This document shows, in pieces, positions 52,064 through 64,000 of a DNA stretch of 64,000 bases; positions within the stretch are counted from its first letter, which is position 1, and each line of letters begins with the position of its first letter. Location of the stretch: NCBI GenBank assembly GCA_013265495.1, contig MU058423.1, positions 8,417,627 through 8,481,626 on the forward strand, in the 5' to 3' direction. The translations under genes were made by a program, and so were the position numbers. This DNA comes from Vicugna vicugna (Eukaryota). The notes beneath the pieces are model-generated. The model ran no database searches. It saw only the letters and a program-made list of their open reading frames with translations, and was not told the origin of the DNA.

Positions 52064-52172
52064 GGCTACAACACACAGTGATCTTATTCTGAGGGCAACA
52101 AAACTGGGAATCCCTTATCGAGTTATTCACAATGCTTCCATAATGAATGCTGTAGGCTGCTGTGGTTTACAG
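52064..52172 (+). CDS. DPH5: DPH5 coding exon (aa 87-123)
   Basis: (G)[41 protein letters not shown]| acceptor, CAG|GTAATA donor; 109 nt, phase matches the previous exon. Confidence 0.98.
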
Positions 52173-52786
52173 GTAATACTACAAAATAACTTTTTTTAAA
52201 AATGGTATTTAGCAAAAATTTTTTCGTATAGATTTTATTATATTTCATGAATTATAAGATACTGTTTTATATAGTATTGTGTCTTAAGTTTTTAATACAG
52301 ATTTTTACACTAATTTTCCTTTAGCTCAGATTGCAACCCCCACTGAAATTTAGCTAGAGAAAAGTTTTAATCTTCTGTCCAACTTGTGCATACACAAAAG
52401 GGAATATAACCCAATTAAACTGGTTAAGTATTCCTAAAACCTTTTTACATTATTCCAAGTGACTTCCTCTGCATTGCTGAGGCCCATGTTTTTCCACTCA
52501 GTGTTGTTTTCTATGCCATCAAGAGCACCATGATACAGCATTTCTTAAAATGATCCATAAAAGAGCTAAAAGCCATTATAGGCTTTTAAGCCAGCTGTGC
52601 AATTGCTGATGTGTAAAGTTAGTTGTTTTTAACCTAAAAATCTTGGTTCTGAGGAGTTAAAACAAAGTTCCATAATTGTGTTCAATATTTTCTTCCAAGC
52701 TGCTGGCATTCATTTTCCAAGTTTGATATTTGTGTTCTGATGTTCCACATATATACTCCATGACAGTTATGACTGCTTATGGCCAA

Positions 52787-52880
52787 CAGTAATTTTAAGA
52801 CTTCATTGATTGTTAAGACACGTTCCTATTTCAGATATAATAGGAAAAAATTTGCATCTTAGAATCTATGAAATAATGTA
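52787..52880 (-). mobile_element. MER104-like TcMar fragment
   Basis: CATTGATTGTTAAGACACGTTCCTATTTCAGA...TGCATCTTAGAATCTATGAAATA. Confidence 0.5.
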
Positions 52881-53354
52881 TTTCCCAGTATACCTTCCTG
52901 GAATGCATTATTTAAAGTAGCTGTTTATAGCAAGATGCTACGTTAGCATTGGTACCTAATGTTATGTCTGTAGCTTTAGAGGGACCTATGTTTTCTGTAC
53001 CACCTAGGAAGACTTTCTCACTTTAATTGACTAATCCGGGCCAGTGATCTCAGAAATATGCCTTTGGTTCTGAGAACCAGAGAAAAAGTATAAATGATTC
53101 ACCTTTCAGTATTCATTACTTGTTCTTAGTTACAGCTGTGTTTAAATTGGCAAAGAATTTTGCTGTCTGTTTTGTCTTCTAATAAAATGCATACTTAAAA
53201 AAAATCTTGCCAATTCAAGTCTTTTTTACACAAAATTTTTTCTGAACATTTCTGTGTTGGAATAAACTGAATTCTTGACTCTCATATTCTTGATTGATTC
53301 TCAGTCCAATAGTCTTTCCTCTAGATAATGCTACCATTTAAGAATGATTTCCAG

Positions 53355-53498
53355 GGGGAGGATATAGCTCAAGTGGTAGAGTGCATGCTTGCATGCATGA
53401 GGTCCTGGGTTCAATCCCCAGTGTCTCCTCCAAAAATAAATAAATAAACCTAATTACCTCCTCCCCCCAAAAAGTAAATTAAAAAAAATTTAAAAAAA
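53355..53498 (+). mobile_element. tRNA-derived SINE (Vic-1-like), full length, intronic
   Basis: TATAGCTCAAGTGGTAGAG...GGTTCAATCCCCAG...AAACCTAATTACCTCC; perfect 12-bp TSD AATGATTTCCAG (53343-53354, 53499-53510). Confidence 0.92.
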
Positions 53499-54331
53499 AA
53501 TGATTTCCAGAAGAAAGGAAAAAAGAGAGGAATAAATTACCATGTGATAGACAACAATGTGTAAACTTGAAAGCTAATGGGCTGATTTTTTTCATATTGG
53601 TTTTATTCTTATTTCTAGTGAAGACAGCCCCTTTCTGTCATACTTTAAATTATCTTATGATAATTATTATTGAAAGTTTTTTACTTCTCTTTAAGCATAA
53701 CATTTTTAAAAGATCTTTGTCTTTATTATGTAAATGTAAATCTGTTATCTGGATTGGCTAAAGCTAGGCTGTGGTGACCCTGTGATCCTCTGCACTGATA
53801 GAGAGGTACAGCGTTATTGTTCACGTGTTTAAAATGGGTAAAGGTACTATGAGAAGTGACAGACTCCATGCGTATAAGCCCCTAAGATCAAATCGTATCC
53901 AATTTACATATATTATTTTTTTTAATTTAGCTTTCTCTTAGTTTTATATGGGATTTCTCCAAGCGGGCACAAAGCAACTGTTTCCACATCTTGATTCTCT
54001 TCTCTAATCTGGATATGAAAAGACTTACTACTTGCATGAAAAACAGGAAGTGCCTTTTTATTTTCTGTCATATATTGATGAAATCTCTGTGTAAGTATAA
54101 TTCTTATACCACTCAAGTTATTCATATCCCAAGAGGAGAAGGTAATTATTGATTTTCTAAGATAAAAAGCATTAAAAATAATTATATGCTTGGCACACTT
54201 AAATTTTAAAATAAACTTGTGGGTATCCTGCATAATGTAAAAATTTTGGTGAAGTCTCCTTCCTTGTAATAGCTGACCTTTTTCTCTTTACTATTTGGCT
54301 GACATTTATGGAAAAAAACAGTAACCAATAC

Positions 54332-54514
54332 CAGTGGTTCTCAGACTTTAGTATTATCAGAATCACTTAGAGGGATTATTAAAGTTTGCTGGGCCTTCCC
54401 CTCAGGTTTTCTGATACGGTAGATCTGGATTAGGGGTCTGAGAATTTGCATTTCTAGTAAATTCCCAGGTGATGCTCAAGCTGCTGGTACAAGCACTACA
54501 CTTTGAGAACCATC
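54332..54514. mobile_element. MER5A hAT-Charlie MITE
   Basis: CAGTGGTTCTCA...CAGAATCAC...GAGAATTTGCATTTCTA...CCCAGGTGATGCT...CACTTTGAGAACCA. Confidence 0.85.
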
Positions 54515-55029
54515 AACCTAGACAGATAAAAATTTTTTCAGAAAGTTAGAGTTATGCTTTCTTTTATACATTCTTTTAGCATAGCAAAATTGAAAAAGTA
54601 GATTTTAGTTCCCGGAAATATGCTTGCTAATTCTAGAATGGTAACAGGTTACCTTGCTATGCTCTCTTGCTCAATTTTTAAAAAGGGAAGTGGGCACCAC
54701 TTACGAAAGATATTCGGTCATCTCATCTCCCATGAGTTTAAAAACAGCCATGGAGTGATTAAAGAGAAGTGCTACTCTGGGTATGATGACAGACCTGAAC
54801 AGTATATGCTTTCTTCCTAACCTAAAAGCGGGTACAAATTTTTTAAACTATCAATTTATCAGCCTCTTTTGAACTCTCTTTTTGTTTTTTTTTTTGGTAT
54901 TTAAAGCAGCATAGAGCGTTTAGAATCAACCACTGAGTATTTTTTTTACCTTTGTAGTATATTAGCCAACAGAAGACTCTTGATTATCAGTATTAATGAA
55001 GGTAAGTAGTTGCTTAGATGAACCCTTCT

Positions 55030-55056
55030 ACACACACACACACACACACACACACG
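55030..55056 (+). repeat. (CA)n microsatellite
   Basis: Read directly from the sequence. Confidence 0.9.
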
Positions 55057-55189
55057 CGGCATTTTATTGCAGGCATTCTATAAAATATAATTCCTTACCA
55101 CAAACTCCATTTTCCTAATGAATTTTTTTGTTTTTTCGTTAAATGGAAAGTATATTAGAGGCTCCCAAGTTAGACGTCATTAAGTGGAA

Positions 55190-55860
55190 TAATGATCCAT
55201 TTATTCAACAAATAGTGTTTGCCTTCTTATTGTTTGCCTAGTAAGTGTCTTTGGAAACAGTGATAAACCTGACCAAGAAGGTGTCTGCTCTCAAACAATT
55301 CTAGTAGGAAAGAGAGGCAATAACAAATAAAAAAATAAATGTCAGATAGTGGTAACTCTATTCAAGTAGACGGATAGGTTAGACCGTGACTAGGTCACTG
55401 CTACAGTTGGCTGGTCAGGGTAGGTCTCTCAGGGCAGTAATACTTAAGATTAAATATGAATCAAGGAACAACCATGTCCCAGGCAGAGTTCGTACAGAGG
55501 CCCTAGGGTGGAAATGAGCTTGGCTTGTGAAGGGAACCAAAGGAAGGCTGGCTGGAGAGTAGCAGGCAAGGGGAAGAGTGATCTGAGGCTGGATATGTAG
55601 GTAACATTGGATCACTAGGTTGTCTAATTCAACATCAGGAGTTTGGATTTTATTCTAAGTGATATACACTACCTGCCTTCAGAGGGGTTTAAGCAATGCA
55701 AATGCTTGATCTTGTAAGTGTTTTTAAAAAAATATCTCTTGCTAGTATATGGAGGTTGAATTGCTGCCAGGCAAGATTGGAAGTGAGGAAATCAATTAGT
55801 AGGCTTATTGCAGTCCTTTAGAGGAGAGATGACGGAGGCCTGGACTGCATGGAGAGGGTG
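55190..55860 (-). mobile_element. L2 fragment
   Basis: CATTTATTCAACAAATA...GAGGCCCTAGGGTGG...GAGTTTGGATTTTATTCTAAGTG...AGGCTTATTGCAGT. Confidence 0.75.
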
Positions 55861-56319
55861 AGGTATGATAGAAGATCAAAATGAGTGGAGGTGTAGGAGC
55901 AGTGTCTGTGAAGAGAACTGAGGTTTAGGCAGATGTAGAGAGCCATCTCTGCCTTACTGATAATCCTTGGAAAGGAAATGGACTCTATATGCTAGTGGAT
56001 CCTTTCCTACCATCTCCACTGTCATAATTCTTATGGTTCGTATCCCCATAGACTTGTCCATGGGGCTGGACCCATCTAGCACTATTGGCCCAGTTTTTTC
56101 TCATTTTGATTGGTGTTGTCATTTCTAGAAAAGTTATTTCCTGTCCTAAGAACCCTGTGCCGGTCTTGCTTTGCTTTCGAGGACCATTATCAGTGTTGAA
56201 GAGTAGGGCTTGGGATTGGGTTTCTCTTACTCCCAGATTCTTGAACTCCTGGATACTTACCTGAGGTCTCCTTTTATCTTACGAAGAATTAGTAGTCATG
56301 GCATAGATATACGTAGATT

Positions 56320-56637
56320 AAGTTTATGTATGTTAAATGAAAGAAGTGAGACACAAAAAAACACATATCTTATGATTCCATTTACATGAAGTGTCCAGGA
56401 AAAGCAAATCTATAGAGACGGAAAGCAATTAGTGGTTGGCTGGGGCTGGGGATGAAAACAGGAATTAACTGTTAATGGACGTAAGGGATCCAACTGGAGT
56501 GATAAAAATTTTCTTAAACTTGATATAGTGATGGTTGCACCTAACTTGGTGCAATTCACTAAAATCATTGCAGGTATAGTTCAAATGGGTGAATATTATG
56601 ATATATAAATTATACCTCAATAAAATGGTTTAAAAAA
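56320..56637 (+). mobile_element. L1MB-like 3' end
   Basis: ATGATTCCATTTACATGAAGTGTCCAG...CAAATCTATAGAGAC...GTGATGGTTGCAC...TATACCTCAATAAA. Confidence 0.8.
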
Positions 56638-58342
56638 GGAATTACAGGAAGTATGCTAGATGGAAAAGAAGACAAAAGATATTCCCAGCAGAGAGAAATG
56701 TACAGTTAAAAAGAGAGTCATGAAAGTGCTTGGAGAATCTGCAAGGTATTACAGAAACACATAAATGAATACATACATACGTAGCACAGAAACCTTGGCA
56801 ATCTAGAGATCAGTTAACACAAGACTGAAATATGTCGCATAAAAAACTGCCTACATATTGGGGGAAGAACTAGTAACAGAAAAACAATGGATATAATGGA
56901 AAAGGTTTAAAGTTTAACTGCAAATTGAAAGGTCTTGTTTTTACTTTTTGCTCAGGCTATAACGGAGTCATCTAACTTTTCTGGATCTCTTAAGTTTCTT
57001 AACCACAAGGGGATGAGGTGCAAACAGAGAGGAATGTTGGACAAGATCAGTGGTTTTCAAAGTGCACCACGATTTATGAAGCTGCTTTAGGGTTCTGCTG
57101 ATAATAAAGTAGTTGACACCAAAACACGAAGAGAAAATCCCTGAAGAGCCCTGCCATTATCTTCAACTCTATCTTTAACGTCAGTGATGGTCTATTTAAG
57201 AATGCATTTGGAAAAAAAGATTTGGCACAAAAAAGTATGAAAAATGCTAACCTAGATAAGTTCTAATATCCTGTAGATTTGGAAGCTAAAAAGCTGGCCT
57301 ATTTTCCAACTTTAGGCAAAGGTTACCTTGACCAAAATATATTAGATTCTCAAATTTTCACTGAGTTAATTTTAAGATTTTTTTCAAAATTAAAATATTG
57401 GTTATAAATGTATATACTTTAAAATCATGTTATTTGAAATTCTTAAGTGACAGATATTTCTAACACTTAAATTCTTTCTATTTTGAGGATTTTTCTAATC
57501 AAGAAAAATCCATTTATTTGTCTAGAGTCAGGCAAGGTGCTTGTATTTAGACATTCCTGATAATGAAAAATCAGGGATTTTTCTTAATACACAAAAGACA
57601 AGAGGAACAAAGTCCTTTTCTTGAAATCTTCGAGTTAAACATTTAGCAGCTTAATCATGCAGAATCAAAACTGCTTTTATATATCATTGTTTCTGCTTTT
57701 GAAGAGCCATTTAAAAAATAACTTCTGTTTCTTGATGGTAAATGAAATTAGGAAATTAGGAAAATACAGTAGATATAAAAAAGAAAATGAAAGCGTCCAT
57801 AGCCCCACCACCTAAGGTGACCTAAGTTACCTTTTGGTGTATTTTCTCAGTCTTTTTACTTAGCACTTACTATGTGTACATTCTCCTGAATCTGACAGAC
57901 TAAATAAAAGAAGAATTACACATCCTAAAATACTTTGTGTGGTATTTATCATGTATTGTTAGTCATTTGTGTATTAAAATATATTAATTCTTTTGTAAAA
58001 GTTTGGTGACTAAATTGGTTTTGAGACAGCTTAAAAGAAAGATAAATGAGGTGGTTAGATGAAACCAGGTAATGATTTCTGCTTAAAAACTGCATTATCG
58101 GGTGTAGCTGACTTCAGGGAAGAGGTTGTATAACTTTCTCAACATTATGGAATGCTTCCACTTTCTCTGGCTGTTGTGTAAGTGACCTTGTTTATTGCCA
58201 TATGTTCCTGCATTTATATAATACATTTTTACTTTGGAAAAAATACATACTGCTTTCAAAGAGTAACAACTCATTTCCTTCCTTTTTATTGTAACACAAC
58301 ACTCAGTGTGTTAATCGGCATTTTTGTCCTTGTAGTAGTTCT

Positions 58343-58489
58343 TTTTCTTCTTTTAAGGTTTTTGGGGTGGGGAGAAGGTAGTAATTTGATTGATCGATCG
58401 ATTGATTGATTTTACGGAGGTACTGGGGATTGAACCCAGGACCTCGTGCACACTAAGCATGCACTCTGCCACTGAGCTATACCCTCCCC
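58343..58489 (-). mobile_element. tRNA-derived SINE (Vic-1-like), antisense intronic
   Basis: GGAGGTACTGGGGATTGAACCCAGGACCTCGTGC...CACTGAGCTATACCCTCCCC; degenerate TSD TAGTA(G/A)TTCT. Confidence 0.9.
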
Positions 58490-61400
58490 ATCGCCATAGT
58501 AATTCTCACTATTAGTTTTCAGAAGCATTAAATTGATTTCATTGTTGTCCAGGGACTACTGTAAAAATGATAAAACCTAACTGGTACAAAGCACTTAAAC
58601 TGGTTCTGATAATATCAGAACTCCGTGTTGCTGTGTAAGCTTAGAAGAACTCATCTAATAAGTTCTCTGTTCTTTTAGTCACTTTGGAATTATTTTTGAT
58701 CACCTGTTAAATCATGGGCGTATTAAATTTTTTTTCCTTCCTTTCCATTTCCTTTTTTTATCACTATTTTAATAACCACCTTGCCAGTATTCTCTTATAC
58801 TTCATAGTTTTCTGCTTAAATTGTAAATCTGATTGTACCATTCTTCTACTCAAACAATCCTGGTAAACCTCCATCCTATAAGTGCTTACCATATTATAAA
58901 ATCTTTGATTTACTCATCTTCACATCTTCTGTAGTACTTTATTGTAGTGCCATGCGTATAATCAATGTGCAACAAGTATTTCCTGAGTTGAATTGCTGAT
59001 TTATTTATTTATCTCCCCCACCCCCTACCACCACCCTAAGTTGGATCTTGTCTTTGGAATTGTATGCTTTAAATTGTAATTTTTTCTCTTAATTCATATG
59101 TGGGTTCTCATTTGTGTGTGAAAATATAAATCTTGTAGCTCTTTTGTCAACATAGTCATTCAGCTTTATCTGTGTACCTAGTATGTGGCCATGTGTCTAA
59201 TCTTTCATACTGTCAGCAGAAATCAGTATATCAACATTCGTAAGCAAAATGCATGTGAGGATTAAAAACAACAACTCCAAAACCAGGATTCTCTATCAAA
59301 GAGAAAACTAGTAACTCTTGATTGTATGGCTTTGTGGTACATTTTTTGACAGCTCTGCTGGGTCAGCTTTCTTTTACCTCACAGACGTAACTGACCAGAT
59401 TTAGGATAGACATATATAAAAGAGACATGTGAGGTTTAATAGAGTTCTTAGTAAGTTAAATTTTCTGATTTTTTCATATGCAGAAAATATATTTTTAACT
59501 TAAAACAACAAAATATTTTTATTTGAATATAAAGTACCAAAAGTATTAAAACCAAATAATAAAATGAAATTTACGAAGACCTCAATGCTTCCAAAAGAAA
59601 GGGAATGTTGGCAGAGAGATGAGTTAAAAGACTGAGTAAGGTCACTCAGGCAAGTGGTATTGAGAGCTCAACCTAAGGTAGAGGGAAAAGAAAATAGTAG
59701 TTTCCAGATAAATCATTGAGCTAGAATTGACAGGAATTGGTATCTGGTAAGATGTCAGGAATTAGAAATACTTGTTAGAGGCAAGTCAGGCAGTACCTAT
59801 TTTGGGATAGTTGCTTAATGCTATTCTCAGTATTGCCCAAGATTTCCCATCCCTGTTACTTTGTTCATACCATCTGATTCTTCTGCCTTGTTCAACGTCC
59901 CCAGTCTAAATCTTACTCATCCTTTAAGGTGCAGCATATATCCTGTCTATTCAGAAGTTACCCTTCAGGTGCTCTCTAAGTGGGGGAAGGGCTGCACTCT
60001 TATACTACTTTCAATCTACATCTAATTTTTTATAATTATTATTTACTATCTAATACTTGTCTTTCTTGTGCATCTCTTCACTCTAGTGCCTTACATATAA
60101 TTAAATAGATCATTTTGTATTGAGTTTTTGTTTGTTTTCATTGATAAAAACGTGATCTAATATCAAGTTAGATAAACTACTTTTTCTAAAAACTTACTCC
60201 AGGTTAAAACAAAAAAGGGCTGTGTTTACCTAGTATTCTTGAAAACAGCTCTTTTTGTAATTTTTAAATACAGATTTGCGTCAGTAATGGTTTGGGGGAA
60301 AGCGATCACAGCACAAAGGCTCACACTTATAAGTAAGACGGTAGGTACTTAGGCTTCTGCAACCTCAGTTCTCGTCACCGTAGGATTTTGTTCCAGTTTC
60401 CTTTTATAGTTTACTGGTAGGTCCTTGAATTGTGAAACACAAAGGAACTGGTCCTTCTGTTCTTTGAGGTACTAACATCTAAATGGTGAAACCGTTTGCA
60501 TAATGTTCCAGAATTCATTGAAGAAGTCTGCACCACAGCGGTGGAAATGGTTGCAGTCTATAAATCAGGGTCCTAGAAAGCAGTGCTTATGTGAGGTTTT
60601 CTTTAATCCCCCAAATGAGACAATTCAAAGACGATTTTACACAAAGTGCTTCAGCCAGTGTTTATATGTGACTAGCATCTCAATTCTCTTTTAAATGATC
60701 CAGCCCCTTCTTTCTGAATGAAGAATTGACCCCCATGACTATATTTCCGTGAGTCTTAAAATATTGAAGACCTAGTCAAAGTATTTATATATAGCTACAT
60801 ATCATTTTCTTTAACTTTAATGGTTTTCCCTTAAAGCTTTTTTTTAATAGAGTAATAATAGTATTTCAAAATCTGATCAGAGATGCCAAAAATCCTTTGA
60901 GAATGTAAACAGTTCAATTTGTCAGAATTAAATCATAAGCATAGTTTGAAATATTTGGTAACATTTTTGAGTTCACTCCAGTAAGAAAGCAGTTGGATTA
61001 TAGCACAACACAGCATTTTAGAACATCTTCATGCCATCACTACACACGTTCTCATTTTATGTCATCAAATCCCTAACATTTATTGCGTCTTTTCGATGGC
61101 ACTAAGCACTTTACATACAGTGTCATCTAATCCTTAACAAAACACATTATTAGGGTTATAGTTATTATACCCATTTTTCAGGGGAGTTCCTCCTGAAAGT
61201 CACCCATCTAGTAACCATGAGCTCGGACTCCAGAGCTTTTTCACCTGCTGCATAAGGTGTAAGGTAGACTGCTTACCTTACTCGCTCCACTTTGCTTCTC
61301 ACTTTATACCTGTGCAGATCATAAAGCCTGCTGTGCAGTGGATGATCTGTAATAAATATTTGTTAAATAAATCTGCCTCTCGTGGGATAGTAGCAGTAAC

Positions 61401-61580
61401 GGAAGCCCCCAGCAGAGCTAGGCTCATTCCTCGTAGCTTGGGTGAATGTATTCCAGGAGTCTCACATTGGAACCCTAAATACATTTTTTACAGAGAAACC
61501 GTGCTAGTTGTGATTCGAAGGTTTATGACTGAATTCTTAAGAGTTACATGGGTCTTTATACACTAATCTGGGAATTCGAC

Positions 61581-61596
61581 TGCCACTAGATGGCAT
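61581..61596 (+). promoter_or_regulatory. Candidate CTCF binding site
   Basis: CCACTAGATGGCA fits the CTCF core consensus CCASYAGRKGGCR. Confidence 0.55.
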
Positions 61597-63107
61597 GACT
61601 TCTGTGGGGAAATACCTTTTTAGACAATTTTCAAGTGGACTTTGGGAATAAAGCCCATTGGTAGGTAGGTTGGAGGTTGTGGCCATTTGAGGAATATGAT
61701 GACTCTTCCCTTGGAAACACAGATCACCGTCATGAGTACCGGTGATCGTTTTTAGGACCTCAGTACATAAAAATCGAGAAAAGTTGAGCTTCCCTAGGAA
61801 TGGAGGGATGGAGGACCCTGAACACCCCAGCTTCTCTGTTTCCTCCCCATTTGCCTCCTTCTTACCCCTGGCAGCAGCTTGTGAAAACTGAGAAGCCTGA
61901 AGACGATAAATCCTTTCTCCAGACCAGTTTCTTTTGCAAATGAAGAACTTTAGGCTTGAAAAGTTAGGTGATTTCCCGAAGTCACACAGCTATTTCAATT
62001 ACGCAGTCAATCTGTGGCAGAGGACTAGATGTGATGTCTAGCATCTGGTGCTTTCCAGCTCTAATAAAAATTCTTTCAAGCATTGTTTAAATTGAATAAT
62101 TAAATCTTTGCATAACAACTTAAGTGTTATGTTTTACCATATATTGTCTTTGAAAATAATATATTTTATACAGTGCCTAGATAAAAACTAAAAATAGCAT
62201 ATCATTCACTATTTGAATAACTTTTTACATGTTAGTGATGCACACAGCCCTACAGGTAGGAAGGACCCTATGTTGTCGCTGTTCATATTTTAGAGATTAA
62301 GACTTAGAAAGAGTAACATCACACAGCTAACAAGTTGCAGAACCAAAATTCAAAACTAAATTTCCTCAGCATAAGATTTGGAGCTGGACTCACAGCAGTG
62401 AGATGTGCGGTCAGTCTGGAAGCAAGCTGAAAGCAAGCAAGCTTCTTGGTTGTGTAATAGTCAAGTGAGGCGGGCAGGACACTTGAGGGGAAAGGAGGAA
62501 GTTTGGGGAAGGGCCCTTATTGAACTCTACAGTGAGGGAACAAATAGTGGGTAAAGTAAGGGGGTAGGTTTTGCGGCATGGCTGCAGTGAGTACAGTGTG
62601 TGAATTTTACTGAGATGGCGTGGTGGAAAAGAGCGCTTCCTCAGACATCGGTCTGAGTGTCTTTTTAATTACTAACTGTATGACCTTAGGTAAGTCAGTT
62701 GATCTTTCTGAGCTCTGGTGGTCTCTCATGTGTTAAGTGAGGATAATATTAACCTTGTGAACCCAGTTCTGACTGCTCAAAAGTCTTTCTCTCCTCCCCC
62801 CCATCCCCTTGGCTTCCTTCTAGGTTCTTTGTATTTCAGTCTTTTTAGCAGCTACTTAGCTAAATCATGAACTAGCTACATACGTTCCTATACTGAATGG
62901 AGAAATACCAGAAGCCTCCCACTGAAAGGGCATCAGAATGACACCAGCTGCTGTGGATCAGAAAGAACTTTTATTACCGTTTTTTTGTGACAGATTTGAT
63001 CCAGGGTCCCTCTCAAGTTTGGTTCTCATTTTTTATTTTGGTTGTTATCCATGAAATAGTAGTTGGTGAATTGTTCCATCATTAATCAATGTTTTTATTT
63101 TTTCCAG

Positions 63108-63228
63108 TTGTATAAGTTTGGAGAGACAGTGTCTATTGTTTTTTGGACGGATACTTGGCGACCAGAAAGCTTCTTTGATAAAGTGCAGAAGAACAGACAG
63201 AGCGGCTTACACACGCTGTGCTTACTGG
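63108..63228 (+). CDS. DPH5: DPH5 coding exon (aa 124-164); gene continues past the window end
   Basis: [40 protein letters not shown](D); TTTTTTCCAG| acceptor, G|GTAAGG donor; 121 nt, phase 1. Confidence 0.98.
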
Positions 63229-64000
63229 GTAAGGGCTCTGGGGTTTCCTTAGGGTCCCAGTGTGGAGTTGTCACATTGTTCGCATTTTGATTTTGTGTTA
63301 AGTTAAAACTGTTCTGTGGATAACTAGCTAGAGGTAAGAAAGGATACAGTCTAGCTGCTCTGTACATCCCATGCTCTTTCCCGTACTCCTGGGGAGACAT
63401 GAATTTTCTGCTCCAGCTGCCATGTGGCTATTCCTACATACGTGCCGCTGCCCACTTTTGCCCTAGTAGATCCTCCCCAGCATCCCATCGCTCACCCATT
63501 TATTTGTCCATCAAGACTCTGTCCTTGTCAACTTAACTGCAACTCAACAGACTTGCGCTGAGCATTCATTCTTACCAGGCGCCGTCCTGGGTCTCCCTTG
63601 AGATGTTCTTTGAGTGCTGCAGCACTGATGCTGGCAGAATCACACAACTACAGATCTGGAAGTGACTCTGGAGATCTTCTAATTAAAGCCTGTTTTCCAG
63701 ATGAGGTTGAGGCCCAGAGATAGTGAATCATTTTCCCACTGTCACCCAGCTTATTGGTTGCAGAATTGGGAGAATCCAAATAGCCTGTTATTCATAGCTC
63801 TTCTCACTGTATCATGCTGCCAAATCCTGCTTCCCACCTCGTGTGGAAAGAGCTGGGATCGCTGTCTTTGTACACAAAGGTGATGGTACTGACAGGGCGT
63901 CAGAAGGAGTGGGCGGTGTTTGCCAGAGAGGCACTGGCATTGTCGTGATTCACATTCACTATCAGTTCCTGTGCTACAGTCTATGTTGTACAAATACTGT

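Noticed and set aside
61722..61747. 8-bp stem GATCACCG/CGGTGATC with a 10-nt loop
   Set aside because: Short enough to arise by chance in 64 kb, with no supporting context.
61696..61900. C/D snoRNA candidate (ATGATGA ... CTGA)
   Set aside because: No terminal stem flanks any C/D pair, and I could identify no rRNA antisense element.
63063..63290. 75-aa ORF as an independent gene
   Set aside because: It is the DPH5 exon read through its flanking intron sequence.
1..64000. CRISPR arrays, operons, prokaryotic defence or other multi-gene systems
   Set aside because: The sequence is mammalian intron and intergenic DNA; I saw no repeat-spacer arrays or long ORFs.

Overview
Mammalian genomic DNA, most likely a camelid (camel, alpaca or llama), inferred from six copies of a tRNA-Ala-like SINE resembling Vic-1. 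The only protein-coding gene I can support is the 5' half of DPH5 (diphthine methyl ester synthase) on the + strand. It has a CpG-island promoter at ~39.4-39.9 kb and four coding exons (40111-40245, 44741-44865, 52064-52172, 63108-63228). These splice in frame with GT-AG boundaries to give residues 1-163; the remaining exons lie beyond the window. The first ~39 kb is upstream intergenic DNA dominated by L1, L2, MIR, LTR and hAT/Tigger relics. Nearly all ORFs in the supplied track are chance ORFs. I found no convincing new multi-gene system. The best leads are a TSD-flanked chimeric L1 3' end, a Phe-to-Leu change in the DPH5 GDPF motif, a perfect 20-bp promoter palindrome, a consensus antisense splice donor suggesting a divergent spliced RNA, and an in-frame upstream ATG in intron 1. 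Repeat family names and reference protein comparisons come from remembered consensus sequences, not from a search.
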